Source: Candidatus Hermodarchaeota archaeon
Lineage (GTDB): Archaea > Asgardarchaeota > Heimdallarchaeia > Hodarchaeales > Hodarchaeaceae
Assembly (NCBI GenBank): GCA_048886185.1
Contig: JBHLKY010000012.1
Span: forward strand, 1 to 32,000
Reading direction: 5' to 3'
Length of the DNA: 32,000 nt
Below the pieces are notes generated by a model, which did not search any database, had not been told where the DNA came from, and saw only the letters and a program-made list of their open reading frames with translations. Shown one piece after another: positions 1 through 9,248 of this stretch. Every line of letters starts with the position of its first letter. The stretch's first letter is position 1. A program made the position numbers and the translations under genes.

Positions 1-689
1 ACGAAAAGAGGGAAAACGAGATTGGAATGATATTAAGTTTAGAAGGCACGGTAGCATTAGAAAGGAATCTTCAACTCCTCCCAATTTTTTATGAATTAGG
101 TATACGTAATATTGGATTAAGCTGGAGCCGAAAAAATCTTTTCTGTGAGGGTACAGGGATTAGTCAGTCTGAAAATGAAATGGAGGGATTATCAATGTAT
201 GGAAAACAACTACTTGAACAGATGGAGACTCTCGGAATAGTTGTTGATATTTCACATTTAAATAAGAAAGGAGTGACTGATGTCGCTAAAATTACGAATA
301 AACCATATATCGCCTCCCATTCAAATGCTTACAACATCTGCCCTGTCGACAGAAATTTAACAGATGATCAATTAAGACTAATTGCGGACGCAGATGGAGT
401 TGTAGGAATTAATTTTTACCCCCGATTTCTATCTAAAGAAGATCCCAAAAAAGTCACCATCCTGAATGTTATTGAGCATGTTAAGTATATAACCGATTTA
501 ATTGGCATTCGACATGTGGGATTGGGCTCAGATTTTGATGGAATCGGGACAACACCTAAAGGATTAGAGAACGCTAGCAAAATAAAGGATATTCCTTATT
601 TATTAGAGAAAGAAGGATTTAGTAAACAAGATATTTCTAAAGTAATGGGGGGCAATTTTCAACGAGTATTTCTCAAGGTTTGGAAATAA
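1..689 (+). CDS. Membrane dipeptidase (peptidase M19, amidohydrolase fold), 5'-truncated by the window edge
   Basis: Motifs ILSLEG, VVDISH, ASHSN, RNLTD, HVGLGSDFDG. The frame is open upstream of ATG 27 (EKRENEIG) to the window start. Confidence 0.92.
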   Translation, partial: EKRENEIGMILSLEGTVALERNLQLLPIFYELGIRNIGLSWSRKNLFCEGTGISQSENEMEGLSMYGKQLLEQMETLGIVVDISHLNKKGVTDVAKITNKPYIASHSNAYNICPVDRNLTDDQLRLIADADGVVGINFYPRFLSKEDPKKVTILNVIEHVKYITDLIGIRHVGLGSDFDGIGTTPKGLENASKIKDIPYLLEKEGFSKQDISKVMGGNFQRVFLKVWK

Positions 690-703
690 GAAAAAACAAA
701 TTT

Positions 704-1045
704 TTAATCAAAGTCGAAAATACTTCGACCTTTATTGAATAATTCGATATGTCCACATCTCCTACAGGTACACATAACAACTTTGAAGGAGGTGAAACCC
801 CATTTACTATCAAGCCGCCCTGTATCTTTAGCAAAATCTTGACCACCACACAAACTACAACGAATCACTAGATGCTCACCTGTGTTTCTACTACCAAATC
901 CAATCGAATCTGACCCTCTTGAAGGTTCTAATTGATTTTCATATCCCTGTATTGTAGATCCAAGTGAAGCGCCACAGAAACGGCAAAATTTCGCCTTTCC
1001 CCCGTTTTCTTGACCACAAGTTTCACAATATACCATTATATTCAC
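704..1045 (-). CDS. Double zinc-ribbon protein (N-terminal CxxC..CxxC ribbon; C-terminal DUF2082-like ribbon)
   Basis: CETC-x10-FCRFCG at the N-terminus; CSLCGGQDF...CRRCGHIELF at the C-terminus. The start may be ATG 1036 instead of GTG 1045. Confidence 0.75.
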   Translation of the reverse strand: MNIMVYCETCGQENGGKAKFCRFCGASLGSTIQGYENQLEPSRGSDSIGFGSRNTGEHLVIRCSLCGGQDFAKDTGRLDSKWGFTSFKVVMCTCRRCGHIELFNKGRSIFDFD

Positions 1046-1214
1046 TTTTAGAATGAATCCTTTAAATTCAGGATGGGTCTGTTTTTAGGTTTAATTAAGA
1101 CTTCGTATATCGGAAAATGTAACTATGATTTGTATACCTCCTGAAACTTCAGGCAATCATAATTCTAAGAAATTCATTTATTCAGCACATCCCTCGCTTG
1201 TGAAAGATTCTGAT

Positions 1215-2405
1215 TCATCCTTCATCTTCAGATGACTCTCTAAACATGAACAGACAAATAACAATACCTAGAAGACCTATGAATGCTCCAGCTAAGAAAT
1301 TTGGACTAACCAGACCAGTAATCGAAGCGAGTATTCCCCCGCCAATAGTTCCAAGTGTAAGTCCAAAATACTGTGAACCAATGTAGTATCCCATTACTTG
1401 GCCTCTTCTAGTTTCAAGCGAGTTTTCAGAAATAAAAATTGGAGCAATGACAAATAAAATTGCATAAAAAGGTAAGCAGTATAAGAGGAAAATAATCATA
1501 GGATCTCGTAGAATGTATATAAAAAGAGGAAAGAGAGTATAGAGGATTGTGGCAAACAATATGAATGGTTTCTTTTTCTGAAAATTATCAGCAATTTTGC
1601 CTATAAAATAGGTAACAAAAACACCAAGTAGGGTAGCTATGCTGTTCGCACTTGCTATAAAACTGACATTATGATTTAATTCGTCTTGGACGAATATTGT
1701 GAAAAAGTTTACGTAAAAGGAAGAAGAAATGTTGATTAGAGTAATGATGACAAAGAGTACAATAACTGTTCTCATAGGTTGGTTAATTTCTTGAGTAACG
1801 ATCGTTGTTTGATTAGACTGACAAATACTAGCATGAATATTGAGAATTCCTAAAGGTGTTTCTTTCAATCTGAAAGCGAAAAGAACAGGTATAATGGAAA
1901 TTATCATTGCAATTAGGAACATTAAACGGAAGGTATCCACTGTATTCGAAGAATATGTAAAAGCTATAGCCGCAAAAATACTCCCCCAAAGGAAGCCAAT
2001 ACTTGCCATCATTCCAAATCTACCAAATTTTTCTGCTCTTTCCTCTTTGTAAAATGACATAAGTCGATTAAGAGCTGGATTAAACGCAGATATAACAATA
2101 TTGAAACATATATAAAGAAGAAAGAACAAAAATTTATCTTCAATAATGAAATAAAACATGAATGAGACTGAAGTTGTTCCAAGAGAGATTAGTACAAGAT
2201 TTTTAGACCCAATTTTATCACTCAAACGTCCAAAGAATCTTGTAGAGAAGATTAAGAAGAAATATGGAATCGCTATAATTAGTCCACTACCGATAAAATC
2301 TCTTTCAGAGAGACCGAAGAAAAAATACCAACTGATAAATGGCGATGTTAAAGCCAAGGGGAAGTGATAGAGTGCATAAAGTATTTCTTCAATACTAATT
2401 GACAT
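1215..2405 (-). CDS. MFS transporter
   Basis: About 12 hydrophobic segments; motif A GRLSDKIGSK and a second-half GKIADNFQKKK. Confidence 0.9.
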   Translation of the reverse strand: MSISIEEILYALYHFPLALTSPFISWYFFFGLSERDFIGSGLIIAIPYFFLIFSTRFFGRLSDKIGSKNLVLISLGTTSVSFMFYFIIEDKFLFFLLYICFNIVISAFNPALNRLMSFYKEERAEKFGRFGMMASIGFLWGSIFAAIAFTYSSNTVDTFRLMFLIAMIISIIPVLFAFRLKETPLGILNIHASICQSNQTTIVTQEINQPMRTVIVLFVIITLINISSSFYVNFFTIFVQDELNHNVSFIASANSIATLLGVFVTYFIGKIADNFQKKKPFILFATILYTLFPLFIYILRDPMIIFLLYCLPFYAILFVIAPIFISENSLETRRGQVMGYYIGSQYFGLTLGTIGGGILASITGLVSPNFLAGAFIGLLGIVICLFMFRESSEDEG

Positions 2406-2572
2406 TTAACATACTCCGGATTAGATGAATGGTTATTGGCTTAGATAGATTTCGTCAACATTCAAGTTATTGTAGAGGTGCTAGAATACAAATAAAAAGA
2501 AGAAAGCTCCTATGGAAATTTTTTTAGAATCCCAACTCCCTTATTTTCAATGAAACCTGTCAGAAATCAGGA

Positions 2573-3073
2573 TTATCTAGTAATATGCAGTACTTCAGTT
2601 TCAATTTGATCGAGTTGTTTATCTCCTGGGAAAAGCATCCGTGCTTCCTCAAGCAATCGCCTAGCCTCTCTGATTAACTTTGCTTTCGCACTAGCCTCAA
2701 TCCATACTAACCAATCAATTTTTTCCATGTGCAAAGGATATAATACATTGAACTGTTTGTAAAGATTCTCTGCTTTTAGATAATATTGAAAATCTTCCTC
2801 TCCTAACTCTAAGTAATTACCAGCCAGTTTTCGAATTACTTCAATATGTTTTGGGGGTGTACTCCTAGTTTCGGGAGTATTTAATTTTTCTTCTAATAAT
2901 TTCACTCGACCCTTTACACTAATAGTTTTACGCCCTTTCACAACGGGTCGTTCAGGAACAGAAACATCTTCTCGTGCATCCAATCCTTTTTGAAACGAAA
3001 GTTTAGATTCCGCACGTACTTGCTTTACCTTAGCTTTACTCAATCTTTTCTTGAAAAAACCCATTTGCGACAC
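2573..3073 (-). CDS. Hypothetical protein with basic N-terminus and TPR-like helical C-terminus
   Basis: 166-aa ORF; likely ATG at 3064 (MGFFKKRLSK); C-terminal helical hairpins (EARRLLEEARMLFPGD). Confidence 0.7.
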   Translation of the reverse strand: MSQMGFFKKRLSKAKVKQVRAESKLSFQKGLDAREDVSVPERPVVKGRKTISVKGRVKLLEEKLNTPETRSTPPKHIEVIRKLAGNYLELGEEDFQYYLKAENLYKQFNVLYPLHMEKIDWLVWIEASAKAKLIREARRLLEEARMLFPGDKQLDQIETEVLHITR

Positions 3074-3317
3074 CTTTTCAACATTAGCTGGAGTTTATCA
3101 AAAATAAAAGTTAAATGTATTTCTAATATTTGATACTAGCGCTAGTCTATACCCAAACTTTTAAACTTATGTGCTTTTAAAACAGGATTGTTTTTATCAT
3201 TTAATATAAGAATCAAAGATGAATTATAAAACAAAAGCCCTATAATTATCCCTCTTTTGATAATAACTTATTTTGTGTTCAAGATGTTAATGTTTTCCTT
3301 CTCTGAACTAATTATAA

Positions 3318-4577
3318 TTAGTTTGCTAAGATTGTGTTAGGTTCTTGAAATTCACAGAGGTCAGTGGATTTTCCAGTTTCTAAGACTTCGGAAACTACTT
3401 CACATATTTTTAGTGGTAATTTAAAACGAGTTCTCAAGTTTTTTATGCTCATATGAGAGATATCTATTGGAGATATCTCAATTGCTTTAGCACCTTTGGT
3501 ATAAGGAGAAACAACTCTCCAAGGTTTCTCTTTTATGTTTTGATAATAATAAGCTAAGTTATGGAGAATCGTACTCAATAGATAATTCTTTTGGTACACT
3601 CCAGGAGGAATATAACGTGGGATCCTATCTGAGATACCAAATTTTCTGCAATATTCGTGAACAATTTTAGAGGCATTTAAATTCATTTTACTATGAGGGA
3701 TAGGGGCTCCATATTGATTGTTATTGCTATAAAGATCCTGATATAGTGATATTAAGCTTGGAAAATGCTGTTTTATAGTTTTTAAATACTCTCTCTTGTT
3801 TCTTCCTGGTTTGAGGGTTAATCCACCTGGTAAGATGAATTCTGCATTCACATCTCGAGCTTTTTGAATTATTGATTTGAGATTCTCCTCTCTATCACCA
3901 ATTCCAGGTAAAATTGGCATCAGTATTATTCCCCCATGTAACTTATTATGCCTTACAATTTCTAAAGCTTGGAATCTTTTTGATGTAGAAGGAGAATTAG
4001 GTTCAAAAATCTTTCTTACGTTTTCTTCAAATAATGTTATAGAAAAAGACACATTAGCATAGTTCAAATTATTAATTTCGGAGATTATGTCAAGATCACG
4101 TAAAACTAACGTACTTTTTGTTAGAATACTAACAGGTATCCCAAAATCACGACTTATAGTAAGAATTTGTCGGGCTACCTTGAACTTTTTTTCAGCAGGT
4201 TGATACAAGTCACAAACTCCTCCACCAACCGCGATAGGAGAACATTGTGAGTTCTTATGTGTTGGTTGAGTTTTTGCAGAGATAGATATGAATGATTCCA
4301 AAGTATCTCTCTTGGGTCTAAAATCTGGACGATATCCAAGTTTAAGAAGCTCTTTTTCATACTTTTTAGCAGCATCCACCTTTACTCTAATATGAGTACC
4401 AAAATTGTGAATTCGATACCACTCAGCTTTACCATCGCAATATATACAGTTATGCTCACAGCCGCGGAAAGGATTAATACTCCCTGCAACCCAAAACCAT
4501 GAGTCTGGAGCAGGATAGAGATTTAATACTTTAGAGTGACTCTTTACAGTCTGGTATCTAATCCCCAATACGAACAC
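3318..4577 (-). CDS. Radical SAM protein, SplB/Rv2578c-like, with C-terminal PolX-N-terminal (HhH)-like domain
   Basis: INPFRGCEHNCIYC (CxxxCxxC), DLYQPAE, ILTKS, VSFSITL, EPNSPS...RF, MPILPGI; the tail resembles the PolX 8-kDa domain. Confidence 0.88.
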   Translation of the reverse strand: MFVLGIRYQTVKSHSKVLNLYPAPDSWFWVAGSINPFRGCEHNCIYCDGKAEWYRIHNFGTHIRVKVDAAKKYEKELLKLGYRPDFRPKRDTLESFISISAKTQPTHKNSQCSPIAVGGGVCDLYQPAEKKFKVARQILTISRDFGIPVSILTKSTLVLRDLDIISEINNLNYANVSFSITLFEENVRKIFEPNSPSTSKRFQALEIVRHNKLHGGIILMPILPGIGDREENLKSIIQKARDVNAEFILPGGLTLKPGRNKREYLKTIKQHFPSLISLYQDLYSNNNQYGAPIPHSKMNLNASKIVHEYCRKFGISDRIPRYIPPGVYQKNYLLSTILHNLAYYYQNIKEKPWRVVSPYTKGAKAIEISPIDISHMSIKNLRTRFKLPLKICEVVSEVLETGKSTDLCEFQEPNTILAN

Positions 4578-4772
4578 CGAAGACTATAGCTTATCTTATT
4601 TGAATTAGAACTTTAGATATCAGAGGAATTATCTTTTAATGGTTTGTTTTAAGATTAGCTTTTCATATTATAAGAGAGATAGATCTCAAAACAATGATTT
4701 CAGAGAAGAAATAGAAACTACTTCAAAATCCGACAAAAAACTAGATTCAAGATGAAAAAGGAGGAGGGATTG

Positions 4773-5054
4773 TTATAATTTCACAAATCTCATGAAAATG
4801 GAGTGTGATGCCAAAAGGTAAAGACTTTCTCTTAGATCTTGCAAATTTGGTTTCTTTTGAACCAATTCATATTTACGGAGCTGTCTCAAACCATATTGGA
4901 TTGTACGTTCGGAATAAGGTAACTCTTTGACAATATCTTTGACTGAAAGGGGTGTTTTCCTATCCTCAAGTAATTGAAAAATCGCCTTTGCGCTCGGGGA
5001 AATCTTAATTTTCCTCTTTAGAACTGCGCTGTCACTGGCGACGATATGTGACAT
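4773..5054 (-). CDS. Small winged-helix transcriptional regulator (archaeal MarR/ArsR-like)
   Basis: SPSAKAIFQLL..PLSVKDIVKELPYSERTIQYGLRQL..ELV...DLRESLY is a typical wHTH pattern. Confidence 0.85.
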   Translation of the reverse strand: MSHIVASDSAVLKRKIKISPSAKAIFQLLEDRKTPLSVKDIVKELPYSERTIQYGLRQLRKYELVQKKPNLQDLRESLYLLASHSIFMRFVKL

Positions 5055-5170
5055 TTTTAAAGTCTTTTCCTATAAAATTATCACTTGAATTATTATATGC
5101 AAATCCTTTATAAATTCTCGGTATTATGCAATGCCTATTTATATAGTTCTTCTTTCCATATGATTCAATA

Positions 5171-6349
5171 TTATTTCAAATTTTTTTTCGAGGTCTGCCT
5201 AAAAGACTCTAAAATAGTCTGGGCTTTTTTAAAATAGGACCTTTTATTCAAAAGGAGATTGGAGTCTCCTAGTAGTTCTGGATATAAAAATAACAATTGT
5301 AGAAGATCCTCACTAGTATTAATTCCTGTAGATCGAATCCATCGCTTTATTTTTTTTGTCTCGGCAGTTTGGGGAAAAGATATCAATGAATGAAGTAAAT
5401 GATCGAGTCTATTCTGTTCTTTAGTAGTTATTTTCCAATCCTGTCCTAATTGTATTAATAACCTTTTTGTTTGGATTGGTTCTTTAGATAATAACAATAA
5501 TAGTCCAAAAAATCTGATCCATTTGTCGTGAGAGAGGATTTCTTTAAATTTTGTGAATATGATTTCTGACTTGTCACAATCAAAGCTCAATAAAGGAAAG
5601 TGGGGAAATAATGCGTCTAATGTTTGTGTTTCCCATAATAAGCAAAGCCCCTTTCTTGGATCAGAAAGCATCAATAATTTGAAAAATTCTTTCTTCAGAG
5701 TAGTATAGTTGTGGAACTTGGCAGTTTTCCCAATTACATTAGTGGCAGCTAATAAATCGGGATGGATTCGCAACTTTGGAAATTGGGAAATAAAGCGGGC
5801 GAGTCTAATAATACGTGTTCCATCTTCTGATAATCTAGTGAAAGCATTTCCTATCATCTGTACGGTACATTTCTGGATATCAGCATATCCATTAAATATA
5901 TCAATAAATTGATGATTTTTCGGATCAAAAGCAATTGCATTAAATCGAAAGTCCCTACGAGGTAAATCCTCTTCTAAAGAATTTACAAAAATGACTTCTG
6001 GAGGACCAAGTTCAGTATGAATCTCTTGGCGAAATGTGCATATATCAAAAACAGCATTCTTTCCGATAATTGCTAATATTGTGCCGTATTTGCTTCCAAT
6101 TGGTTTAGTTTTTACACCTTTTTCATTAAGAAACTTCTCCATTTCCTTGGGATGAGCATTGGTTGCAATATCAAAATCTTTTACTGGAAATCCCAATAGA
6201 AAATCACGTACCGCGCCTCCAACAATATAGACGTTTTTCCCATTTTCCCAAAAGATCTTCATGATTGATCGAAGCTCAGATGGAATAAAATTATTAAAAG
6301 CGGAAGCCCTGTCTTGTAAGCTTCTTCTGGTAGTATATTTTGTAGGCAT
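5171..6349 (-). CDS. cca: Class II tRNA nucleotidyltransferase (CCA-adding/PcnB superfamily)
   Basis: Motif A YIVGGAVRDFLLG..KDFDIAT, motif B RRDFRFNA, motif D SEDGTRIIR; no PcnB poly(A) polymerase GRRF signature (IGSKYGT instead). Confidence 0.88.
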   Translation of the reverse strand: MPTKYTTRRSLQDRASAFNNFIPSELRSIMKIFWENGKNVYIVGGAVRDFLLGFPVKDFDIATNAHPKEMEKFLNEKGVKTKPIGSKYGTILAIIGKNAVFDICTFRQEIHTELGPPEVIFVNSLEEDLPRRDFRFNAIAFDPKNHQFIDIFNGYADIQKCTVQMIGNAFTRLSEDGTRIIRLARFISQFPKLRIHPDLLAATNVIGKTAKFHNYTTLKKEFFKLLMLSDPRKGLCLLWETQTLDALFPHFPLLSFDCDKSEIIFTKFKEILSHDKWIRFFGLLLLLSKEPIQTKRLLIQLGQDWKITTKEQNRLDHLLHSLISFPQTAETKKIKRWIRSTGINTSEDLLQLLFLYPELLGDSNLLLNKRSYFKKAQTILESFRQTSKKNLK

Positions 6350-6515
6350 ATTAAAGTCACAGGATCAGAGTAGATTCTGTTGTAAAGGTAATTAATCTCT
6401 TCAGACTCTTGGGTGAATTCTTAAGCTTATTTAAATATCTTTTATTAATTAAATATAAGAAAAATGAGTCGTTCTAAAAACTTTTATGCTAATCACCTCA
6501 TTTATACTTAAGATG

Positions 6516-6776
6516 CTAAATCTCATGATACAAGGGCGATGAAATATAGATTTGAGGATAAAAGTTGTTAAATAATTCCTTTAACTGAAGCCTTTGAAGC
6601 TCAGCCTCTTTCAAAGTCTTATAGAATCCCAATTGTAATAATTTTCGTCCTTCCAGATAGATTTGAAATCGGGAGGTTTTAGAATCTTTCACAATAAGCA
6701 GTTTCAAGTCTTCTTTTGGTACAATTCCACTATAATCTATAACTGGGGAGAATAAAAAGAATGAATACCCCTCCAA
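6516..6776 (-). CDS. Small hypothetical protein (start uncertain)
   Basis: 86-codon ORF from TTG, on the same strand as its neighbours and filling the gap between them; LGFYKTLKEAE resembles SPOR/AP2-like beta-alpha motifs. Confidence 0.45.
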   Translation of the reverse strand: MEGYSFFLFSPVIDYSGIVPKEDLKLLIVKDSKTSRFQIYLEGRKLLQLGFYKTLKEAELQRLQLKELFNNFYPQIYISSPLYHEI

Positions 6777-6869
6777 ATATAATTATTCTTATAAAATTTA
6801 AAGATTCTTTTGATAATTCTACAATAACCTTTTTTTCACGGATATCTGTCAATCGAAATGATATAGTTC

Positions 6870-7409
6870 TCAACCATCCTTAAAACAGTCACAATATAAT
6901 GAATACAATCCAATTAATGTTTTTCCATCTTTTATTATTCCTTGATCAATATAGGAACGAATTTCATTGAATGAAAGGATTTTTATTTGTGAGATCTCAT
7001 CTGAGGAGAAGAGTACTCCTTTATGAGAGATACCCGTCCCTTTATAGATATATAATACTTCAGAAGAATAACCAATGGCAGGAACATATTTTATGAGTAG
7101 TTCGAGATTTTTTACACTATATCCCGTCTCCTCTTTAAATTCTCGCCTAATGCAGGCTTCAGGATCTTCTTCAGAATCAATTTTTCCAGCAGGGATTTCT
7201 AAAGTCTCTTCTTGAATCGAATAGCGATATTGCTTCACGAATACTATCCGTCCATCCTCCAAGATGGGTACTAATGCAGCTGCATCGGGATGTTCCACCC
7301 GAATTCGCTCTGTCACTCTTTCCGAGGGGAGTTGTACCTCATCAAGATTAACAGAAAAAGATCGTGCTGAAATTGTTGCAATTGTTCTTAATTTTGTTTC
7401 TTTCGGCAT
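6870..7409 (-). CDS. NUDIX hydrolase, ADP-ribose pyrophosphatase-like
   Basis: HPDAAALVP, VKQYRY, Nudix box EIPAGKIDSEEDPEACIRREFKEETG, DGKT. Confidence 0.92.
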   Translation of the reverse strand: MPKETKLRTIATISARSFSVNLDEVQLPSERVTERIRVEHPDAAALVPILEDGRIVFVKQYRYSIQEETLEIPAGKIDSEEDPEACIRREFKEETGYSVKNLELLIKYVPAIGYSSEVLYIYKGTGISHKGVLFSSDEISQIKILSFNEIRSYIDQGIIKDGKTLIGLYSLYCDCFKDG

Positions 7410-7478
7410 GATTATTCCCTGAATTCGATGTCCTTATATTAAAACCATATGGATTATAAAAAAAGAAATCAGCATATT

Positions 7479-8972
7479 TTAATATTCTTTTCCTACATAG
7501 ACATAACAAGTGGCTGGTTTTCCACATATGAAGCATTTTTCATCCTTTTGGGGAATGATATTGTCATCAATCTCCCGCATATCTCTTCCTCTAACTGTAG
7601 CAGCTAGCTGGTCTTTGATTTCCATAGCACAATCTTCACCATCAAGATCGATTGAGCACCATGGAATCTTAAAGATCTTCTTCTCATTGATCCTTTCTTC
7701 AAGCTCATCTATTGTTTTAACATCTGAAATACTTTCATCGAATTTCTTTTGGGCTATCTTGCTTATATTTTCTGTAAGAGAAGCACCAAACTCCTTCACT
7801 GTTCTTACCAAATCATCAAAAACAATTGTTGTCCTTTCTCTGGTGTCACGTCTGAAGATTGTTATTGTCTTTTCTTTAACTTCCTTATTTCCAATTTCAA
7901 ACCGTAATGGAACGCCTTTCATTTCCCAAAAATAGTATTTATCTCCAGGCCTGTTATCACTAAGATCAATCTTGACCCGATAACCTTTTTTTCTCAAAAT
8001 ATCTTCGATTTGGACACAATATTTTTCAATATACTTAATGTCTTTTTTCTTTGGGATTGGTATAATAACAACCTGTTTTGGAGCAACATCAAATGGGAAG
8101 ATTAGACCATTGTTATCACCATGAACTGCAATCATTCCTCCAAATATTCGCGATATAGCCGGGCCATAACAAGTTTGATAGGCGATCTTTTCTTCCCCAT
8201 CTTGATCTGTATAGGTAATATTGAATGCTTTAGCAAAATTCGATCCTAGAAGATGAGTAGATGGTAATTGCAGAAACTTCCCATCAGGCATCAATGTATC
8301 TGCAGCATAAGTATGAACAGCACCAGCAAACTTATCCCATTCAGGTCGCTGGAAATAGATTATTGGGATTCCAAAAATATCTTTCAGAACATTATAGGCA
8401 ATTTGCATATCCTCTCTAGTTTGCGCAATAGCTTCTTCCATCGTCTTAAAAACGTTATGAGACTCTATCCACCAAAATTCTCGAGATCTTAGGAAAGGAC
8501 GAGTAGATTTACCTTCGTATCTAAAAACACTACCACTTTGATAAATCTTTAAGGGGAGATCTCTCCAACTTCTAATCCACAAGGAGTATAATGGATACAT
8601 TGCAGTTTCGGAGGTTGGCCTGAGTACTAATCTTTCTTCCAAAATATCATTTCCAGCTCTTTCTATCCAGAAGACTTCAGGATTGAATCCTTCAACATGA
8701 TCCTTTTCAACTTGAAAATTTGACTCAGGAATCACCATTGGAAATATAACTGGTTCATGACCGAATCTGTTCAATTCCTCTTCATAAAAATCGAACATTT
8801 TTTTCATTGCTATTGTAGCAAATGGCATACATACAATAAACCCTTTGACATTATACCGCATGTCAGCGAGCTCTGCTCGCTTTACAATCTCGGTAAACCA
8901 TTCAGAAAAATTGTCTATTTTATCGATATTGAAAGTTTCTAGAACTTCTTCATTATACTTAGACATGATCAC
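7479..8972 (-). CDS. proS: Proline--tRNA ligase, archaeal/eukaryote type
   Basis: FSEWF..IV..AELAD, LRPTSET, SWRDLPLK, FRYE..TRPFLRSREF, QTCYG, GVPLRFEIG, C-terminal Zn site C..CG.PA. Confidence 0.97.
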   Translation of the reverse strand: MIMSKYNEEVLETFNIDKIDNFSEWFTEIVKRAELADMRYNVKGFIVCMPFATIAMKKMFDFYEEELNRFGHEPVIFPMVIPESNFQVEKDHVEGFNPEVFWIERAGNDILEERLVLRPTSETAMYPLYSLWIRSWRDLPLKIYQSGSVFRYEGKSTRPFLRSREFWWIESHNVFKTMEEAIAQTREDMQIAYNVLKDIFGIPIIYFQRPEWDKFAGAVHTYAADTLMPDGKFLQLPSTHLLGSNFAKAFNITYTDQDGEEKIAYQTCYGPAISRIFGGMIAVHGDNNGLIFPFDVAPKQVVIIPIPKKKDIKYIEKYCVQIEDILRKKGYRVKIDLSDNRPGDKYYFWEMKGVPLRFEIGNKEVKEKTITIFRRDTRERTTIVFDDLVRTVKEFGASLTENISKIAQKKFDESISDVKTIDELEERINEKKIFKIPWCSIDLDGEDCAMEIKDQLAATVRGRDMREIDDNIIPQKDEKCFICGKPATCYVYVGKEY

Positions 8973-9248
8973 CGACCTGAGAAGTTATCATTGGTTTTCT
9001 GTGGCAGAATACTGTCTTTACAAAAAAGTAGCCTTTTAATACAAATTTTAAATGAGTAGAGAAGTTATCTAGATAGAAACAAAAATAGAAATCCGTTTTA
9101 ATTGTTCTAAAGGTAAGGAAAACGATCCATCCTATCTCAACTCACTATTTCTTCCCTTTTCATTTTATCTTTTAAACACCTCAGTTTGATATTCCTTGTG
9201 AAAAAATCATTTAAATTCAAACATTTTAAAAAATTATCCCGATTTAGA

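Noticed and set aside
1124-1161. Hairpin CCTGAA-AC-TTCAGG with imperfect outer TATGAT/ATCATA arms, and a minus-strand GGAGG
   Set aside because: Two-base loop, no start codon after the SD-like sequence and no recognisable RNA family; it could be a terminator or operator but is unsupported.
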